Positions 56,685 through 60,636 of a stretch of DNA of 60,636 bases are shown here, in pieces; within the stretch, counting starts at the first letter, position 1; every line of letters begins with the position of its first letter. Origin of the DNA: a virus (Duplodnaviria > Caudoviricetes); the IMG/VR virus record IMGVR_UViG_3300042908_000332, positions 1 through 60,636 of that record. One strand, given 5' to 3'. Position numbers and translations under genes: made by a program. The notes below the pieces were generated by a model, which ran no database searches, had not been told where the DNA came from, and saw only the letters and a program-made list of their open reading frames with translations.

Positions 56685-58043
56685 ATGGGTACTGATATTA
56701 ATTTTAAAAATCACTTAGGCAGGACTTATGGCACTCGCATAGGTCTTCCTGCTTTTGACCCTGCTGCTCAAGCATACTTTGCGGCAACGGGCATCACAGG
56801 AGCAACACAACAGGCAGCGATTGACAACCTTGTCAAAGGCCTCAAGACCGATGGCATTTGGACTAAAATGAAAGCGGTTTATCCGTTTGTTACTGACAAT
56901 AGGAATTTGTTTAGCTATACTGAAAATTTTACAAATGGGGTGTGGACTAACACTGGTTCTATAGTAACCGTAAATACAACGACTGCTCCTAACGGAACTT
57001 TAACTGCTGATACCATTAAAGAAGACTCAAGCACAGCACAGCATAGAACCTATCAATTTTTTAATGCAACATCTGGTACATCATATACAGCATCAATTTT
57101 CTGCAAACCTGGAGTAGGAACTCGCAATATTGCTATATTATTTGGTTGTGGATTTGGTTCTGATAATCGTATAGTTTTCAATGTAAATAATGGAACAATT
57201 GTATTATCAGCTGGTGCATCTGGAACAATTACAGACGCAGGTAATGGGTGGTATCGTTGTACAGCAAGCGCAACAGCAAGCGCAACAGTTTCTTCTTGCT
57301 TACAATATCAATTAAGAGACGGTACAACTGAAATATATACAGGGGATAATACAAGTAGTTTAATTATTTGGGGAGCTCAAGTAGAGCAATCATCAACTCC
57401 TACAACCTACCAACCAATCGCAACTACACAGCAAGCATACATCGCATCACAATTCAAATACAACCTTGTCAATCCTGTTGACTCAGACGCTGCTTTCCGA
57501 TTAGTATTCAACGGAGGATGGACACATTCAAGTAATGGTGCTACTCCTAATGGAACTAATGGATATGCTGATACGAAGTTCATTCCCACAACAAATTTTA
57601 ATTCTTTAAATGATAAATGTTTTGGACTATATGTCGGAACAAATACAAATAACGGAGTTGAAATGGGTGCTTTATCAGGTGGTTACGTTGGCGACCAAAT
57701 TGTAGCAAGAAATACAAATTTAGCTGCTTCTTCTAATTCTAATTTAGACCCTTCAACATCTGCGAGCACAGATAGTAGAGGATTTTGGTTATCAACTCGT
57801 TCATCTTCATTAAGTGGAAAATATTATAAAAACTCAACAAGTATAATAACTCTTGGCGCATCTGTTTCTCAATATAACAATTCAATGTTTTTAGGAGCAA
57901 GAAGATTAACAACTTCCGCTGAAGTATTTAGCGACAAAAGATTTCAATTGGCTTTAATGGGAGATGGCCTTACCGACACCGAAGCAGCTAACCTATACAC
58001 AAGAGTTCAAGCATACCAAACCGCACTTGCTCGCCAAATTTAG
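56685..58043 (+). CDS. tail/head fibre or receptor-binding protein with inserted carbohydrate-binding-like domain
   Basis: DPAAQAYFAATGI...KMKAVYPFV, insert NLFSYTENF...GNGWYRC...WGAQVE, then LamG-like C-terminal part. Confidence 0.75.
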   Translation: MGTDINFKNHLGRTYGTRIGLPAFDPAAQAYFAATGITGATQQAAIDNLVKGLKTDGIWTKMKAVYPFVTDNRNLFSYTENFTNGVWTNTGSIVTVNTTTAPNGTLTADTIKEDSSTAQHRTYQFFNATSGTSYTASIFCKPGVGTRNIAILFGCGFGSDNRIVFNVNNGTIVLSAGASGTITDAGNGWYRCTASATASATVSSCLQYQLRDGTTEIYTGDNTSSLIIWGAQVEQSSTPTTYQPIATTQQAYIASQFKYNLVNPVDSDAAFRLVFNGGWTHSSNGATPNGTNGYADTKFIPTTNFNSLNDKCFGLYVGTNTNNGVEMGALSGGYVGDQIVARNTNLAASSNSNLDPSTSASTDSRGFWLSTRSSSLSGKYYKNSTSIITLGASVSQYNNSMFLGARRLTTSAEVFSDKRFQLALMGDGLTDTEAANLYTRVQAYQTALARQI

Positions 58044-58075
58044 GATATATGCTTACATTGTTGTATATTTGTCTT

Positions 58076-58810
58076 ATGGGAAGATGGAACAATTTAAAGC
58101 CATTGGATGCTGAATATATAGTAGGCAACTATGGTAAGAAGACAGTACAACAAATTGCAACTGATTTAAATGCAACTACTGACAGGGTTAGGAAAGTATT
58201 GAAAATGCAGGGAGTTCAAATGATGGGTAAATCTGCATTGTATGCAAGTATCAAAGAACTTAAGTTTGATTATGAAGATGCATTGTGTGAAGACTACAAA
58301 AATGGAGCAACACAAACTGAACTAGCAAAGAAGTACAAAATAGGAGCGGAGAAAGTTAGACTATTAATTGAGAGAAACAATATTAAAAGACTTGAAGGTA
58401 AGAGCGCAATGATGTCAAAAGTATGGGCATCTGGTAAGCGTCAACCAAGAAATTGCAATAAAGGTGGCACTAAAGATATTCATAATTCACTATTTGGAAG
58501 ATGGAAAGCAGGTGCTAAATCAAGAGATTATCCATTTACAGTAAGCATTGGATATTTGCAAACATTATTGGAGGAGCAAGATTTTAAATGCTCATACACA
58601 AACACTCAAATGTTATGTCCAAAAACTTACAATGAGAAGCGTGAAATGACCTCAAGTCCTTATTTAGTATCTTTGGATAGAATTGATAATGAATTAGGTT
58701 ATGTTGAAGGAAACGTACAATTTGTGTGCGTATGGGCAAACAAAGCAAGAGGAGCTTACAAAGATGAGCTATTTAGAGATATATTAAAGAAATTTAAAGA
58801 ACAAGTATAA
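58076..58810 (+). CDS. HNH-type homing endonuclease with N-terminal HTH repeats
   Basis: QDFKCSYT, SLDRIDNELGYVEGNVQFV...ANKA; own promoter element TATATTTG at 58064-58071. Confidence 0.88.
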   Translation: MGRWNNLKPLDAEYIVGNYGKKTVQQIATDLNATTDRVRKVLKMQGVQMMGKSALYASIKELKFDYEDALCEDYKNGATQTELAKKYKIGAEKVRLLIERNNIKRLEGKSAMMSKVWASGKRQPRNCNKGGTKDIHNSLFGRWKAGAKSRDYPFTVSIGYLQTLLEEQDFKCSYTNTQMLCPKTYNEKREMTSSPYLVSLDRIDNELGYVEGNVQFVCVWANKARGAYKDELFRDILKKFKEQV

Positions 58811-59058
58811 TGAAATTATCAGACATCACAACCGAAGATATCACCACCTTGGTCGGACTATTGACTGAGGTGCAAAAAGACGAATTAGTCGGAGTATACT
58901 ACTCAGATGATTCTATCTACAACCCTATAACCGATATAGACGAAAATTGGGTCATCTCAACTGAGGAAATGATTTACACAACAAATCCTGATACGTTGTG
59001 GGTTAAAGACCTTGAGTTGATTCCGTATATTGCTAAACCAACACCATCTCCATTCTAA
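58810..59058 (+). CDS. small tail fibre assembly-type protein
   Basis: GLLTEVQKDELVG...YNPI.D...WVIS.EE...WVKDL.LIPY; follows fibre gene. Confidence 0.7.
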   Translation: MKLSDITTEDITTLVGLLTEVQKDELVGVYYSDDSIYNPITDIDENWVISTEEMIYTTNPDTLWVKDLELIPYIAKPTPSPF

Positions 59059-59396
59059 TGAATACACTTAACCTAACCACCAAAAGAGGAGATACATTTG
59101 CTGAAGTTCCATTTCAGATCAATGTAAACACTGTTCCACTAAATCTAGCAGGAGCATTAATTCGTATGCAGTTACGTACTGACTATGGTGGACAGGTATA
59201 CTTAGAATTCACTTCTGTAGATAACAATGGTATCACTATTACCAATCCTGCTAACGGTGAATTCAAGATTAATCAAACCATCATTGATCTAGAGGCTAAA
59301 TCTTACAAATACGATATTGAGATAACTTTGTCAAACGGGGAAGTAAATACCTGGATACAAGGTACGTTTAATGTGGTAAATGATGTTACAAGATGA
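59058..59396 (+). CDS. BppU N-terminal-like/baseplate-type small structural protein
   Basis: KRGDTF...PLNLAGALIRMQLR...YKYDIEIT...TWIQG. Confidence 0.72.
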   Translation: MNTLNLTTKRGDTFAEVPFQINVNTVPLNLAGALIRMQLRTDYGGQVYLEFTSVDNNGITITNPANGEFKINQTIIDLEAKSYKYDIEITLSNGEVNTWIQGTFNVVNDVTR

Positions 59397-60636
59397 GTGT
59401 AGATATTAGTGTTTCAATTACAGAGGATCAGGTAGACATCATTGCTACTCCTACGGTAAACATTGTCAATGTAACTAACTCGGCTTCTATTGATCCGGGT
59501 CTATATGACTTATCAGAGTTTACCAATACTAGTGGTAACCCATTTGTTAGAACAAGTGGTTTATCTTCTTATGTACCATCTACTCGATCAATATTAACAA
59601 CTTCTCCATTAGTTGGTGGAGGGGATTTATCAGCAAATAGAACAATTAGCATTCCTCAGGCTACATCGTCTGTAAATGGATTTCTAAGTTCTACTGACTG
59701 GACTACTTTTAACAATAAGCAAAACGCTTTAGGATTCACTCCGGTTCCCGAAACACGAACTCTTACTATTAACGGACTTGCTCAAGACTTGTCGACAGAC
59801 AGATCTTGGACGATAAGCACAGGCTTAACAGTCGGCACTACACCGATAGCCTCGGGTACAATAGGACGTGTATTGTTTGAGGGTACGGGGAACGTGTTGC
59901 AGCAGTCGGCAAACCTTTTTTGGGATAACACCAATTTGAGGTTGGGTATTAATGGCACACCGACAAGTCCGTTGGAGATTTTTTACAATCCTACGGGAAT
60001 TAGCAACACTATTGGTTTAACATTAAACTCAGGAAGCACAGGCAGTACGTTAAAAGCTATAAGATTTACCGCAGGGACTTTTGGTGAATTGGGTACATTT
60101 GGTGTAAACACGGGTTCAGGTGAATTTAGATGGGCAACAAGTGCCTCATACTTTCCCACTATTTACTCAAATGGTGCGGAGCGTTTACGAATACCTACAA
60201 CAGGCAACGTCCTAATAAACACAACAACCGATGCTGGCTTCAAGTTAGATGTCAATGGTACTGCGAGGGTGAGTGGTACAGCAAGAATAGAAAGTAGCTT
60301 AACTGCTTTATCATCTGCAACTATTGGGGGTACAACTTTAGCAGCAAACGCAATTTTTCAAGTTAATGGCTCAGGAAAATACGTCAACTATAATTCGTCT
60401 TTTTCTTCAGGAAGTTTTTTAACTTACCAAGCATATGGAACTTGGGATGCTATCGGAGCAGATTCTCCTGCTGGGACAATATTAGCATTCGGTGGTTATC
60501 GTGCTTCACAATGGACAGGAATGACTTTCCACTCGAATGGCTCTGAACGGATGCGCATTTTCTCCACAGGTAACGTAGGCATCAACACCACCACAGACGC
60601 AGGCTTTAGACTTGACGTTAACGGGACTGCGATTGT
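59393..60636 (+). CDS. long tail fibre protein, truncated by window edge (not in ORF track)
   Basis: Frame from MSVDISVS appears open to the end; GFLSSTDWTTFNNKQ, LFWDNTNLRLGI, repeated ER(L/M)RI..TGNV.INTTTDAGF.LDVNGTA. Confidence 0.85.
   Translation, partial: MSVDISVSITEDQVDIIATPTVNIVNVTNSASIDPGLYDLSEFTNTSGNPFVRTSGLSSYVPSTRSILTTSPLVGGGDLSANRTISIPQATSSVNGFLSSTDWTTFNNKQNALGFTPVPETRTLTINGLAQDLSTDRSWTISTGLTVGTTPIASGTIGRVLFEGTGNVLQQSANLFWDNTNLRLGINGTPTSPLEIFYNPTGISNTIGLTLNSGSTGSTLKAIRFTAGTFGELGTFGVNTGSGEFRWATSASYFPTIYSNGAERLRIPTTGNVLINTTTDAGFKLDVNGTARVSGTARIESSLTALSSATIGGTTLAANAIFQVNGSGKYVNYNSSFSSGSFLTYQAYGTWDAIGADSPAGTILAFGGYRASQWTGMTFHSNGSERMRIFSTGNVGINTTTDAGFRLDVNGTAI

Noticed and set aside
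1-60636. Stop-codon reassignment
   Set aside because: Long genes are intact in the standard code and TAG, TGA and TAA all end genes; the tRNA anticodon is CCA, not a suppressor
56685-60636. Diversity-generating retroelement or invertible fibre cassette
   Set aside because: No reverse transcriptase, invertase or adenine-specific template/variable repeat pair seen in the window

Overview
A 60.6 kb segment of a tailed dsDNA phage that most likely infects a Bacteroidota host. Support for the host: many TAnnTTTG -7 promoters, A-rich start regions without Shine-Dalgarno sites, and standard genetic code. The window has two divergent arms. The leftward arm (1-16.7 kb, minus strand) carries small early genes (RadC/JAB, Gp88-like, DUF1281-like), then recombination and replication genes (C5-methyltransferase-like, Rad52/Sak, DnaA-like HTH, putative initiator/loader, DnaB, MazG-like, DUF1064, HNH, SSB) and a truncated tRNA-Trp at the left edge. 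A ~1.2 kb non-coding switch region follows. The rightward arm (17.9-60.6 kb) carries HNH, RepL-like, metallophosphoesterase, TerL, fibre genes, portal, scaffold, major capsid, tail ring and stabilisation proteins, giant putative ejection proteins with a ferritin gene among them, and tail fibres, in a podovirus/crAss-like gene order. The most unusual content is non-coding RNA. (1) A promoter-to-terminator small RNA at ~9452-9545 has a linker perfectly or nearly complementary to an (AT)CTACC-ATG motif at the start codons of at least six phage genes, and a second copy of that anti-motif lies in a 3' UTR. (2) Two leaders have a 5' hairpin loop complementary to the terminator loop. (3) A type I hammerhead ribozyme has an intrinsic terminator nested in stem III. 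(4) There is also a tRNA-like element and further structured intergenic regions. Together these suggest a phage-encoded RNA network controlling translation initiation. This is inference from base complementarity only; no folding or database searches were run, and protein family calls come from motif recognition.
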